Positions 7,359-14,225 of a stretch of DNA of 16,876 bases are shown piece by piece. Made by a program: the position numbers and the translations under genes. Position 1 is the stretch's first letter. Every line of letters begins with the position of its first letter. The stretch lies in IMG/VR virus record IMGVR_UViG_3300009514_000122, one strand, 5' to 3'. The DNA comes from a virus. The notes beneath the pieces are model-generated. The model did no database searches and had not been told where the DNA came from. It was given only the letters and a program-made list of their open reading frames with translations.

Positions 7359-7500
7359 AATATATGTTCCAAAGTAAAAGTAAGGTATGGTCTATCCGAC
7401 AAGAAGTTGCGTGGCACCCTCTCAGGGTATTATCCCACATACCATGTTACTAGAACATATATTTTAGAAGCGGGTTACTAGCCCGTTTTTTGGACTTTTC

Positions 7501-7668
7501 TTACCAGTGGTGGGGCTGGTGGCCAGCCTTGGCCCGTTGATTTCTCTCACAAGTTACACAGTAATGCAACCCATGTTCACTGACATATATGAAGTGTCCA
7601 GCCTTCACACAGGTAGTTAAGCTGGTCACCTGTTCAACCAGTTTTTGTTTATCTTTTTCTTTGCTCAT
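7501..7668 (-). CDS. small Cys/His-rich protein, 55 aa (MSKEKDKQKLVEQVTSLTTCVKAGHFIYVSEHGLHYCVTCERNQRAKAGHQPHHW)
   Basis: This ORF was translated by hand. ATG is at 7668 with no SD. Its 3' end contains a GC-rich palindrome. Confidence 0.3.
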   Translation of the reverse strand: MSKEKDKQKLVEQVTSLTTCVKAGHFIYVSEHGLHYCVTCERNQRAKAGHQPHHW

Positions 7669-7680
7669 AACAAAAATAAT

Positions 7681-7733
7681 GGGTGGGGTGTCATCCTAGA
7701 TAGGATTTGTCGGCAGACACAACACCCACACCC
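7681..7733 (-). terminator. candidate terminator hairpin after the exchanger/membrane-protein pair
   Basis: GGGTGGGGTGT (7681-7691) pairs with ACACCCACACCC (7722-7733) with one bulge. On the minus strand it is followed by ATTATTTTTGTT. Confidence 0.3.
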
Positions 7734-7755
7734 ATCACTCCATTGGTAGTAGATT

Positions 7756-7953
7756 CTACTTGGTGATTTCGACTTTCAAACCTTTCTTCTGTTCTGATGT
7801 AAGGATGACTTTGTAACCAAGCCAGTGGTGTTCCCTGGTGAAAACCAGTTTCTTCTGGACACCTGCGAACACCCAAATGGCAAAGCCCCAAAATGATACC
7901 CCACTCAGGAACATGAATAATTTGAAAATGATCCAAAGGGCTGATGTTATCAT
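7756..7953 (-). CDS. small membrane protein, 65 aa (one or two TM segments)
   Basis: ATG at 7953 lies 3 nt after the exchanger stop, with GGAGG 7 nt upstream inside the exchanger 3' end. The overlapping ORF 7691..7936 is rejected. Confidence 0.55.
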   Translation of the reverse strand: MITSALWIIFKLFMFLSGVSFWGFAIWVFAGVQKKLVFTREHHWLGYKVILTSEQKKGLKVEITK

Positions 7954-7956
7954 GGT

Positions 7957-9090
7957 TTAACCTCCAATGATGTTAAGTGTTTTTTGTAAATAAAATCCAA
8001 TGGTGTTTGCCACTGGCGTTTCTGTTGCTCTGCCAATGATGTATAACACGAACCCCGCATATATCAGGAGCATTATATATCCTTTCAGCTTTCCCATTTT
8101 CTCACCTAGAAAGATAAGAAATAAGACTATCGTGATTACCAGTAACAAAACCCTTAGTTCAGCTACCGATCCTTTATCTGCCAGCCCTATGTTGATACTG
8201 TCACCTGTCAAGAGGCAATATATAAACAGGGGTAAACCCAAGCAGATACATATATCAAAAATGTTGGAGCCTAAAGCATTGGCCACCGCATCATCATAGT
8301 TACCCGCCTTTGCATCCTTAATGGAAAGAATTGTATCAGGTACACTGGTGGCACCAGAGGCTAGGATAACGGCCACGAAATAAGTTCGGATACCAAGGGA
8401 GTCACCTAGAGCGTAACAGGATTCTACCAGTATCCAACAGGCCACAGCGATAACACCTGTAGCAACCGCCAGTAACCCCCATGCATTTTTAGTAGTCCTT
8501 TCCTTGTTGCCGATAACGGCAGAAGTCAAATCCAACTTGAGGAAGTTCCCTAGAAACCCGCCCGAACTAGGATTATCATCAACTTCTTCAAATTCTTCTT
8601 CAGATTCGGATTCTCCCATTGTACGGAACATCACCACTATATAGAACAGGTAAAAGAATATCAGGAAAAGACCATGCATCCAAGTTACTTGGCCTTTGGA
8701 TAAGAGAACGATAAGTAAAAATTCAGCACCGATTAAACATAGACCATCCCGCAAAATCACTTTTCTGGAAACCATAATTACGGGAGCTAGTTTGGCAAAT
8801 TGCACTACCATGAGAATTACAAGGCCAGGGATCACCGCACTGTTAAAGACCGCACTTCCCGCCGTAGTTCCGATACCAAAAGCAAACCCTTCTTTGTTGG
8901 CATATATAAGAAGGGCAATGCTGGTGGCTAGGAGTTCTGGCAGAGAACTGCCAATGGCATTTATGGTGGCACCTCTGACTCCATCAGATAGATTTCTACC
9001 GATAAAGCCAGAGGCATCTTCAAAGCCATCACAGGCTCTCCAGATGATTAACATGGAGCCTATGATACCTATCAGAGATAAAACCAACAT
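7957..9090 (-). CDS. Na+/Ca2+ exchanger, CaCA family (YrbG/NCX_Mj-like)
   Basis: The two alpha-repeat signatures GATINAIGSSLPEL and ASGATSVPDT are present. About 10 TM segments sit around an acidic central loop. The track start at 9171 is TTG and overlaps TerD by 77 nt. The in-frame ATG at 9090 lies 4 nt past the TerD stop and aligns with the YrbG N-terminus. Confidence 0.85.
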   Translation of the reverse strand: MLVLSLIGIIGSMLIIWRACDGFEDASGFIGRNLSDGVRGATINAIGSSLPELLATSIALLIYANKEGFAFGIGTTAGSAVFNSAVIPGLVILMVVQFAKLAPVIMVSRKVILRDGLCLIGAEFLLIVLLSKGQVTWMHGLFLIFFYLFYIVVMFRTMGESESEEEFEEVDDNPSSGGFLGNFLKLDLTSAVIGNKERTTKNAWGLLAVATGVIAVACWILVESCYALGDSLGIRTYFVAVILASGATSVPDTILSIKDAKAGNYDDAVANALGSNIFDICICLGLPLFIYCLLTGDSINIGLADKGSVAELRVLLLVITIVLFLIFLGEKMGKLKGYIMLLIYAGFVLYIIGRATETPVANTIGFYLQKTLNIIGG

Positions 9091-9094
9091 GGTT

Positions 9095-9670
9095 TTAATT
9101 ACCCCCAAAGAAACGGCCAATGGCTCTACCGATACCACCGCCAGAATTGCTCTGGCCAGCAGAGTCACCAAACATAGTCTGTTCAGTTACCTGTCCACCA
9201 GTTTCGTTGATGTTAAGAAGTTGGGGTGAGATTCCGTTGTTGTTGAAATGTGCGATAACACACCACGCACCTCTTTCTTCAGAGATCAGAGGAACATCAA
9301 ACTGAGTGTTACCTGCAATAATTTCTACGGCACCGTCATATTGTTTGAAAGGCCCGTTTCCACCATATATGTTAGCAACAATATATACATCACTGAATTC
9401 ATCAAGACTCTGGATAGTCATGTTTTCTTCATTGTCACCAGCAGTACCGCCGATACCTGAATCCTTGTCTAGCTTGATGCCGTCACCACGTTTGTTGCCG
9501 AAATAAATGTGACCAGTTCCACCATTCTTTTTCTTGTAGAAACAGTGAAGGTCTAAATCCACACCCATCTTCCATCTGAGTCTTGCGTGAAGATTTGTGG
9601 CACTCTCAAGCATACCTGCCTGATTCTTGTCTGCCAAAACAATCTTGTTATTTATCTGAGGCTGATTCAT
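9095..9670 (-). CDS. TerD-domain protein (tellurite-resistance/Ca2+-binding TerD family), 191 aa
   Basis: ATG at 9670 has AAGGAGA with an 8-nt spacer. Motifs GVDLDLHCFY, GDNEENM and YDGAVEII match the TerD DLDASAFLL / GDNRTGEGDGDDE / FGQV blocks. Confidence 0.85.
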   Translation of the reverse strand: MNQPQINNKIVLADKNQAGMLESATNLHARLRWKMGVDLDLHCFYKKKNGGTGHIYFGNKRGDGIKLDKDSGIGGTAGDNEENMTIQSLDEFSDVYIVANIYGGNGPFKQYDGAVEIIAGNTQFDVPLISEERGAWCVIAHFNNNGISPQLLNINETGGQVTEQTMFGDSAGQSNSGGGIGRAIGRFFGGN

Positions 9671-9711
9671 TTTTGATTCTCCTTTAAGTGTTGATTTTTT
9701 TTGTGTTAAAA

Positions 9712-9734
9712 ATGGGGGATAAAATATCCCCCAT
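9712..9734 (-). terminator. perfect 9-bp hairpin (ATGGGGGAT-aaaat-ATCCCCCAT) with a T-run on the minus strand, between TerB and TerD
   Basis: It sits about 25 nt after the TerB stop and about 20 nt before the TerD SD. On the minus strand it is followed by TTTTAACACAAAAAAAA. Confidence 0.4.
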
Positions 9735-9758
9735 CAATATATGTTTTTGGAAACGTGT

Positions 9759-10211
9759 TCAGGTGTTTTCGCTGATGAAGGTTTCCAGAGTAGCATCCAT
9801 TCCCATCGCTCTTTCCTTGATTGTGGTAAGGAGTTCTCTTTCGGCATCATCTACCTGTCCGTCACCCTGGATCTTGTCAATGATATACTGGGCTTCGGTT
9901 TCATCAACCACGTTTGGAGTATCATCATCAGCCAGCACGAAATCGGAAATTGCTCTTGCGAACAGCTTTCCCCATGCGGGTGAGTTTTCTTTTCCCGATA
10001 CGGCATCGTTGAGTTCAAAAAGGAAGTCAGCTTCTTCCTTGTCAACTTTGCCATCTTCGTAGACTCTGGCTTCGATTCTCTGGACTTCATCATCATCAAT
10101 GACTCCATCTTCAAGAATCTCTGCTTTGAAATCTTCAAAGGTTTGTGTTGAGTTTTCTTCAGAAGATCCCTGTTCGGAACTTTCTGGTGTCTGGTTTTCT
10201 TCGGTATCCAT
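9759..10211 (-). CDS. TerB-like protein, acidic, 150 aa
   Basis: ATG at 10211 has ACGGAGG with a 7-nt spacer. The repeated EDGVIDDDEVQRIE / EDGKVDKEEADFLFEL / QGDGQVDDAERELL motifs match the TerB DG-x-x-(D/S)-x-E-E helix-pair repeats. Confidence 0.7.
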   Translation of the reverse strand: MDTEENQTPESSEQGSSEENSTQTFEDFKAEILEDGVIDDDEVQRIEARVYEDGKVDKEEADFLFELNDAVSGKENSPAWGKLFARAISDFVLADDDTPNVVDETEAQYIIDKIQGDGQVDDAERELLTTIKERAMGMDATLETFISENT

Positions 10212-10305
10212 TTAGGAACCTCCGTTTTTTTGATGTTATTGGTTCTAGTTTAAAGTTCGGTTTTGGAAAGACCCGAAAACTTTTTTGGCATGAAATTGGT
10301 TAAGA

Positions 10306-10905
10306 TTATTTGGTTAAAGCATCTGCCCCTGGAATATCCTGGACATACTTGGCCAAATCCATGACCTCACTGGAGTTCTGGATGGTGGGCGTGATACCGC
10401 CGTTTTCGATCTTGGCAATCACCGCACCTACACCCATTTCACTGGAGTTCAGCGGAACCTCAAATTCTGATTTTTCATTGTTAGCCATGAAAATGAAATT
10501 GATTTTGGCATCATACTGAGAAAAGGCAACATTGTTGCCGTTCTTGGCTTCAGTGTAGTTCAAGGCACAGATGTATATAGATTCAACCGTTTCGTCAATT
10601 TTGGCGATAACAAGATCCTCTTTGTTATCCCCGCCTTCGGCACCGACACCCGCATCACCGCTGAGTTTCATGAAGGGGAAAGCGTTCAGGTCACCATAGT
10701 TTCCGTTCGGCAGTTCTTCAGAGAAGATTCCCGTAATCCTGCCGTCCTTTTGTTTGATGAAAGCCTGAAGATCGAGATCGACAGCGGATTGCCAACTTAG
10801 GGTCACCTTGGCCTGTTCCACCTTGCTGGCATCAGACAGATCGGGGATGTTAGCATCTGCACCCTTGTCGTTCAGAGTGATTTTATCTTTTATTGCGACA
10901 TTCAT
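10306..10905 (-). CDS. TerD-domain protein, second copy, about 199 aa
   Basis: The track start at 10962 is TTG. The in-frame ATG at 10905 has AGGAG with a 7-nt spacer. Motifs AVDLDLQAFI, GGDNKEDL, ICALNY and YDAKINFI are TerD signatures. Confidence 0.85.
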   Translation of the reverse strand: MNVAIKDKITLNDKGADANIPDLSDASKVEQAKVTLSWQSAVDLDLQAFIKQKDGRITGIFSEELPNGNYGDLNAFPFMKLSGDAGVGAEGGDNKEDLVIAKIDETVESIYICALNYTEAKNGNNVAFSQYDAKINFIFMANNEKSEFEVPLNSSEMGVGAVIAKIENGGITPTIQNSSEVMDLAKYVQDIPGADALTK

Positions 10906-10982
10906 GATGTTGCTCCTTTTGTTTAGGGTTAAAAAATTCGTCTTTCCGAATGTCAGCTTCAAAGATGTATTTAACGAGAGTG

Positions 10983-11132
10983 TTATTTTGAAGCATCAAT
11001 AACATCCCCATTATGTTTGTTTTTATTAATTTCCATAATCTTTACCCTTGTCAAAGTACCCGCCCAATATCCAAGGGTGATAGCAAAAAAAACTAGTGCT
11101 ATAACATATCGAACTGAAATCTCTCCGCACAT
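10983..11132 (-). CDS. small membrane protein, 49 aa (MCGEISVRYVIALVFFAITLGYWAGTLTRVKIMEINKNKHNGDVIDASK)
   Basis: This ORF was translated by hand. ATG at 11132 has AGGAGA with a 4-nt spacer. It has one clear TM helix. Confidence 0.45.
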   Translation of the reverse strand: MCGEISVRYVIALVFFAITLGYWAGTLTRVKIMEINKNKHNGDVIDASK

Positions 11133-11232
11133 GTTATCTCCTATTGAAAAACTTGAACCAAAAACGTAAGTGTATAGGCAATCAGGTTCAAGATAGCCCC
11201 CACCTTTTCTCCCTGCTTTTCAAAGAAACTTT

Positions 11233-11493
11233 TCATCTTACGAAATCTCCTTTAATGATGTTGTCAATTTCATTTTCAATGATTTCTTGATGATATATTT
11301 CCTTGAGCACTTCTTGAAATATACCCACTACTTCTTTTCGGGAATACCCTATTTTAAATAGGATAACCTTTCCATTAACATCATATATTGCTATTTTCTT
11401 CCACGAAAAAAGCCAACCAAACAACGATGCCAGAACTGATTTTAAGTGTGTAATTTCTTTCTTTGTTTTATCAACCATAATGCTATCATCCAT
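11233..11493 (-). CDS. hypothetical protein, 86 aa
   Basis: ATG at 11493 with no clear SD. It is the first gene after the 11494-11671 intergenic region. Confidence 0.5.
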   Translation of the reverse strand: MDDSIMVDKTKKEITHLKSVLASLFGWLFSWKKIAIYDVNGKVILFKIGYSRKEVVGIFQEVLKEIYHQEIIENEIDNIIKGDFVR

Positions 11494-11588
11494 ATTACAG
11501 AGAAATATAGAATTGTCTAATATGGCAAAGCAACAAAAAAGATCAATTTTTTTGAATTAATTTCGAGCCGTATCTGGCCAGAGGTTTT

Positions 11589-11610
11589 GGGGGAGGGTAT
11601 GGGTAGGGGG
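11589..11610 (+). other. canonical G-quadruplex motif G5-A-G3-TAT-G3-TA-G5 on the + (template) strand in an intergenic region
   Basis: The sequence ggggg a ggg tat ggg ta ggggg was read directly. It is highly atypical in an AT-rich context. Confidence 0.35.
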
Positions 11611-11671
11611 AAAGACAGAATCCCTTATATATCAAGCCCTTGTGCTTGTTAAGGGGTAATTTCTGCCCCGT

Positions 11672-11950
11672 CTAGTCTGAGGTTTTAGTGCTGTCAGATA
11701 ATTTCTTCCATGTCAAATATACCAAATTAGACTTCATAATTATTTTCTTAGTCCAATCTCTCCTTATTAGAACATAGGTTCTGCTGTCCTCCACTAGTAC
11801 AGTGCCAGTATCAAACATAAAAGTTCCATACTTTTCCTTGAAGGTGATAGCTAATCCTACCGAATCCTTTTCTACATGGGTGTACTTCGGGGAGCGGTTG
11901 CTAGACAGGCTCAAACTGAACACTAATAATATGATGTACAGAAACTTCAT
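11672..11950 (-). CDS. secreted small protein with an N-terminal signal peptide, 92 aa
   Basis: The N-terminus MKFLYIILLVFSLSLSS is signal-peptide-like. ATG is at 11950. Confidence 0.55.
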   Translation of the reverse strand: MKFLYIILLVFSLSLSSNRSPKYTHVEKDSVGLAITFKEKYGTFMFDTGTVLVEDSRTYVLIRRDWTKKIIMKSNLVYLTWKKLSDSTKTSD

Positions 11951-12124
11951 TTATCCACCAGTACCCAAGTCCGAACCCAATTGATCAAAGTATTCTTTCA
12001 GGGCAACACCAGTTTTCATCCTGCATTTTTCAGAACAGTAAAATGGGTATATAGGGTCTGTTGATTCTATTAATGGTTGATGACAATATATACAAGTGAT
12101 GGTTTTTGTTTTTATCTTTTCCAT
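11951..12124 (-). CDS. zinc-ribbon protein, 57 aa (MEKIKTKTITCIYCHQPLIESTDPIYPFYCSEKCRMKTGVALKEYFDQLGSDLGTGG)
   Basis: This ORF was translated by hand. ATG at 12124 lies 1 nt from the upstream stop, and its stop abuts the next ATG. It has CxxC...CxxxC. Confidence 0.4.
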   Translation of the reverse strand: MEKIKTKTITCIYCHQPLIESTDPIYPFYCSEKCRMKTGVALKEYFDQLGSDLGTGG

Positions 12125-12125
12125 G

Positions 12126-12581
12126 CTAGGCCAGGGTTTTAAGGTTTACTATTTTTTCTTCTCCTTGATCAAATCTATCATTGGGGGTTGTGTATAAAAT
12201 CTTATTCACTCTAGGTGGTAATATGGATTTTACTTTATCTCTCACAGTCTTGACTTCATCTGTAGTGCTTCCCCACTGTTTCCAGATAACCAGCATATCG
12301 GGATTGTGTTTGTTATCGTATGTTAGGTGAAAGGCATCTTTCTTTTTCTTCTTTATGGCATCCAGTATGGTATCGTGAAAGTAGCTCCCATCCCAAGCAT
12401 AAGTTTTGCCATCAGGATTAAGCACCGCTCTAACTCCGTTATCGGATTGTCTTACAATACCATCTATTTCTTTTTTATTGGGATTAACGAAAACTTCAAC
12501 AGTCTGATCAACTGAAGAAAAAGGTGCTTTGACTTGCACCGTATCTATCCATCTTTCGTTTAACAAATCTCTGAAGTTCAT
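12126..12581 (-). CDS. hypothetical protein, about 151 aa; paralogue of the 4081..4524 gene
   Basis: The track start at 12590 is GTG. The ATG at 12581 (MNFRDLL...) aligns exactly with the N-terminus of the paralogue and has AAGGATGG upstream. Confidence 0.6.
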   Translation of the reverse strand: MNFRDLLNERWIDTVQVKAPFSSVDQTVEVFVNPNKKEIDGIVRQSDNGVRAVLNPDGKTYAWDGSYFHDTILDAIKKKKKDAFHLTYDNKHNPDMLVIWKQWGSTTDEVKTVRDKVKSILPPRVNKILYTTPNDRFDQGEEKIVNLKTLA

Positions 12582-12606
12582 ACTGGCCACCCATCCTTAC
12601 CAGTAT

Positions 12607-13344
12607 TTATATTTTGGACTTCGCAACAGCCTTTTCGTAGTATTTGACTTTCTTATCGTATTTCTCGTAATGGGTCTGAGCGGTAAGCCATTTCTTATCC
12701 CATTTATTTCGTAGCTTTTTGAATTTCTCCAGTTTATATTCTACGGTATTTCTGATCTGTTTCAGGGATTTATGTTTCTCCTTTTTCTCCCACATCTTCT
12801 GTTTCAGGGCTTCTTTCTTCTTTTTCCGTTTTGCTTTTTCCTTATTAATATTCTCCAGTATTTTGTTGTTGGCCTTGTGTTCCTTTCGCATGTCTTTCAT
12901 GATTTTCTTCCAGGCGGTTTCCTGTTCTTCCCTGAATTTTCTCACCACTTTGTAGGAATGATCGTTGGCAACAAATTCCGTTCTGGAACTGGAAGCGGTT
13001 TCGATGTTCGGATCAACAATGTGGTATATCTCATGAGCAATTACATGAAGTAGATATTCTGTTCTGTTGTGAACAATAAAAACGGGGGAGTATTTATATC
13101 TGCGGTCTGCAATATTTCTAGGATAATTCCCAAAACTTTTTTTCTTTCTATTAAAGTTAAGAGTTATCTCACCGCTATGATAAGCATAGCCACTGTAACC
13201 GCCGTAATTTTTATTCTTGACTGTAATGGGGAGTTTGTAAAAAGAACCTATCTCCGTATGCTTGATTGCGAAATCAATCAGGCACTTGAGATATGCCGTT
13301 GAGTATTTCGAGGTATTCTTAATGGTGTAAGTTTTGTTTTTCAT
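12607..13344 (-). CDS. SprT-like/zincin HExxH metallopeptidase with a Lys-rich coiled-coil C-terminal tail
   Basis: The track start is TTG. ATG at 13344 has AAAGGAGA with a 4-nt spacer. The sequence carries LLHVIAHEIYH (HExxH), preceded by an NYGGYSGYAYHSGEITLN block resembling the SprT N-terminal strand region. The C-terminal 80 aa are K/E-rich. Confidence 0.55.
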   Translation of the reverse strand: MKNKTYTIKNTSKYSTAYLKCLIDFAIKHTEIGSFYKLPITVKNKNYGGYSGYAYHSGEITLNFNRKKKSFGNYPRNIADRRYKYSPVFIVHNRTEYLLHVIAHEIYHIVDPNIETASSSRTEFVANDHSYKVVRKFREEQETAWKKIMKDMRKEHKANNKILENINKEKAKRKKKKEALKQKMWEKKEKHKSLKQIRNTVEYKLEKFKKLRNKWDKKWLTAQTHYEKYDKKVKYYEKAVAKSKI

Positions 13345-13373
13345 CAAGTCTCCTTTACTAACCTTATACTACT

Positions 13374-13402
13374 AATATACATTATTATTTCTTGATCGTC
13401 AA
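13374..13402 (-). promoter_or_regulatory. sigma70-like promoter TTGACG -17 nt- TATATT for the metallopeptidase gene
   Basis: The -35 is the reverse complement of 13397-13402 and the -10 the reverse complement of 13374-13379, with an exact 17-nt spacer. The SD/ATG follow about 30 nt downstream. Confidence 0.4.
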
Positions 13403-13434
13403 CTATGTTATCATGATGTTAGTATGATGTTATC
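13403..13434 (-). repeat. direct repeats of ATGATGTTA(TC) at an 11-bp period immediately upstream of the -35 (candidate operator or activator site)
   Basis: Copies at 13413-13421 and 13424-13432 are joined by a partial copy at 13405-13412. Confidence 0.3.
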
Positions 13435-13630
13435 TTCTTAAATGTTTCCTAATGTTCTTACCTGCCAATTCCTTTGTTCGTTGACTGATCTTAACATTGA
13501 TTTTGTTAAGATTCTCATGGAATTCTTTTTTCACATTTTTGAATTCATCAGTCAAGGCTTTTCTTTCATCCAAAAACTTTTCCAGAACTTTGTCCAGTTC
13601 TCTTTTCTTTTCTTCTTTAACATATTTCAT
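13430..13630 (-). CDS. small coiled-coil protein, 66 aa, K/E-rich
   Basis: ATG at 13630 has GAGGAA with a 5-nt spacer. Confidence 0.5.
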   Translation of the reverse strand: MKYVKEEKKRELDKVLEKFLDERKALTDEFKNVKKEFHENLNKINVKISQRTKELAGKNIRKHLRR

Positions 13631-13639
13631 TTTCTTTCC

Positions 13640-13828
13640 TCAAGGAGTTGGCAAGGACAATACAAAAAGGATAAAAAGTTGTATGACAACAGCACTAATC
13701 ATCCATTGACCGAAATTTCCAAAAACAATTCCCAGGATGACCCCAACAGGTATCCAATTAAAACATACAGTAAGAAAAATAACCCACCCAAGGGTGTTTT
13801 TAAATAGCCTGATTCTTTCTTTACTCAT
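13640..13828 (-). CDS. small membrane protein with two TM helices, 62 aa (holin-like topology; function unknown)
   Basis: The hydrophobic segments WVIFLTVCFNWIPVGVILGIVFG and WMISAVVIQLFILFVL are present. ATG is at 13828. Confidence 0.5.
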   Translation of the reverse strand: MSKERIRLFKNTLGWVIFLTVCFNWIPVGVILGIVFGNFGQWMISAVVIQLFILFVLSLPTP

Positions 13829-13833
13829 TTATT

Positions 13834-14121
13834 TTAGAAACTGGTGTAGAGGCCAGTGTGTTCTTTAATGACTTCATTTAGATTGTCATTATAAACATCC
13901 GACACTTCGGACACCACTTTGTATTCCCCGTTCGCTAGGATTCCGAACTCCAAGTCATAGAGATCCTTTCCGTTCAGGGTGATTTTAATGTGGTTGGATT
14001 TTGACGAACCACGAATATTGAACGATAATTCGTTTTCGTGTTCCATCAGATTGGTAGCACCCAACATCATAAGTGCCATCTTTCCAACATGCGCTTTTGT
14101 GTTGCTTGCTATTTCATTCAT
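13834..14121 (-). CDS. hypothetical protein, 95 aa
   Basis: ATG at 14121 has AGGAGA with a 6-nt spacer and a strong promoter upstream. Confidence 0.55.
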   Translation of the reverse strand: MNEIASNTKAHVGKMALMMLGATNLMEHENELSFNIRGSSKSNHIKITLNGKDLYDLEFGILANGEYKVVSEVSDVYNDNLNEVIKEHTGLYTSF

Positions 14122-14151
14122 TTCGTTTCTCCTTTCCTTGTCTCTATTATT

Positions 14152-14180
14152 AGTATAGCATAATATCTCTAATATTTCAA
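14152..14180 (-). promoter_or_regulatory. sigma70-like promoter TTGAAA -17 nt- TATACT
   Basis: The -35 is the reverse complement of 14175-14180 and the -10 the reverse complement of 14152-14157, with an exact 17-nt spacer. It sits about 30 nt upstream of the SD of the 13834..14121 gene. Confidence 0.45.
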
Positions 14181-14225
14181 GTCTCTAAATTAGCTCAAAA
14201 AGGGGAAAAACGTAAAATAATGCAT

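Noticed and set aside
7377-7443. Possible tRNA or tRNA-like element suggested by the GGTATG/CATACC terminal stem
   Set aside because: No D-arm, anticodon-arm or T-arm (GTTCRA) architecture can be drawn on either strand.
7691-7936. 81-aa ORF overlapping 7756..7953
   Set aside because: It overlaps the hydrophobic ORF that has a GGAGG SD and a 3-nt junction with the exchanger gene, and it has no SD of its own. Its start would sit inside the putative terminator stem.
8000-9229. Plus-strand ORFs 8000..8299 and 8696..9229, and ORFs 9120..9506
   Set aside because: These are antisense to the exchanger and TerD genes, which carry clear family signatures.
9851-10138. 95-aa alternative-frame ORF inside TerB
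   Set aside because: An internal frame of a CDS with a clear TerB motif pattern and SD.
11141-11236. 31-aa ORF with AAGGAGA upstream in an ATGA overlap with 11233..11493
   Set aside because: It is too short and compositionally unremarkable to call. Mentioned only because the SD spacing is good.
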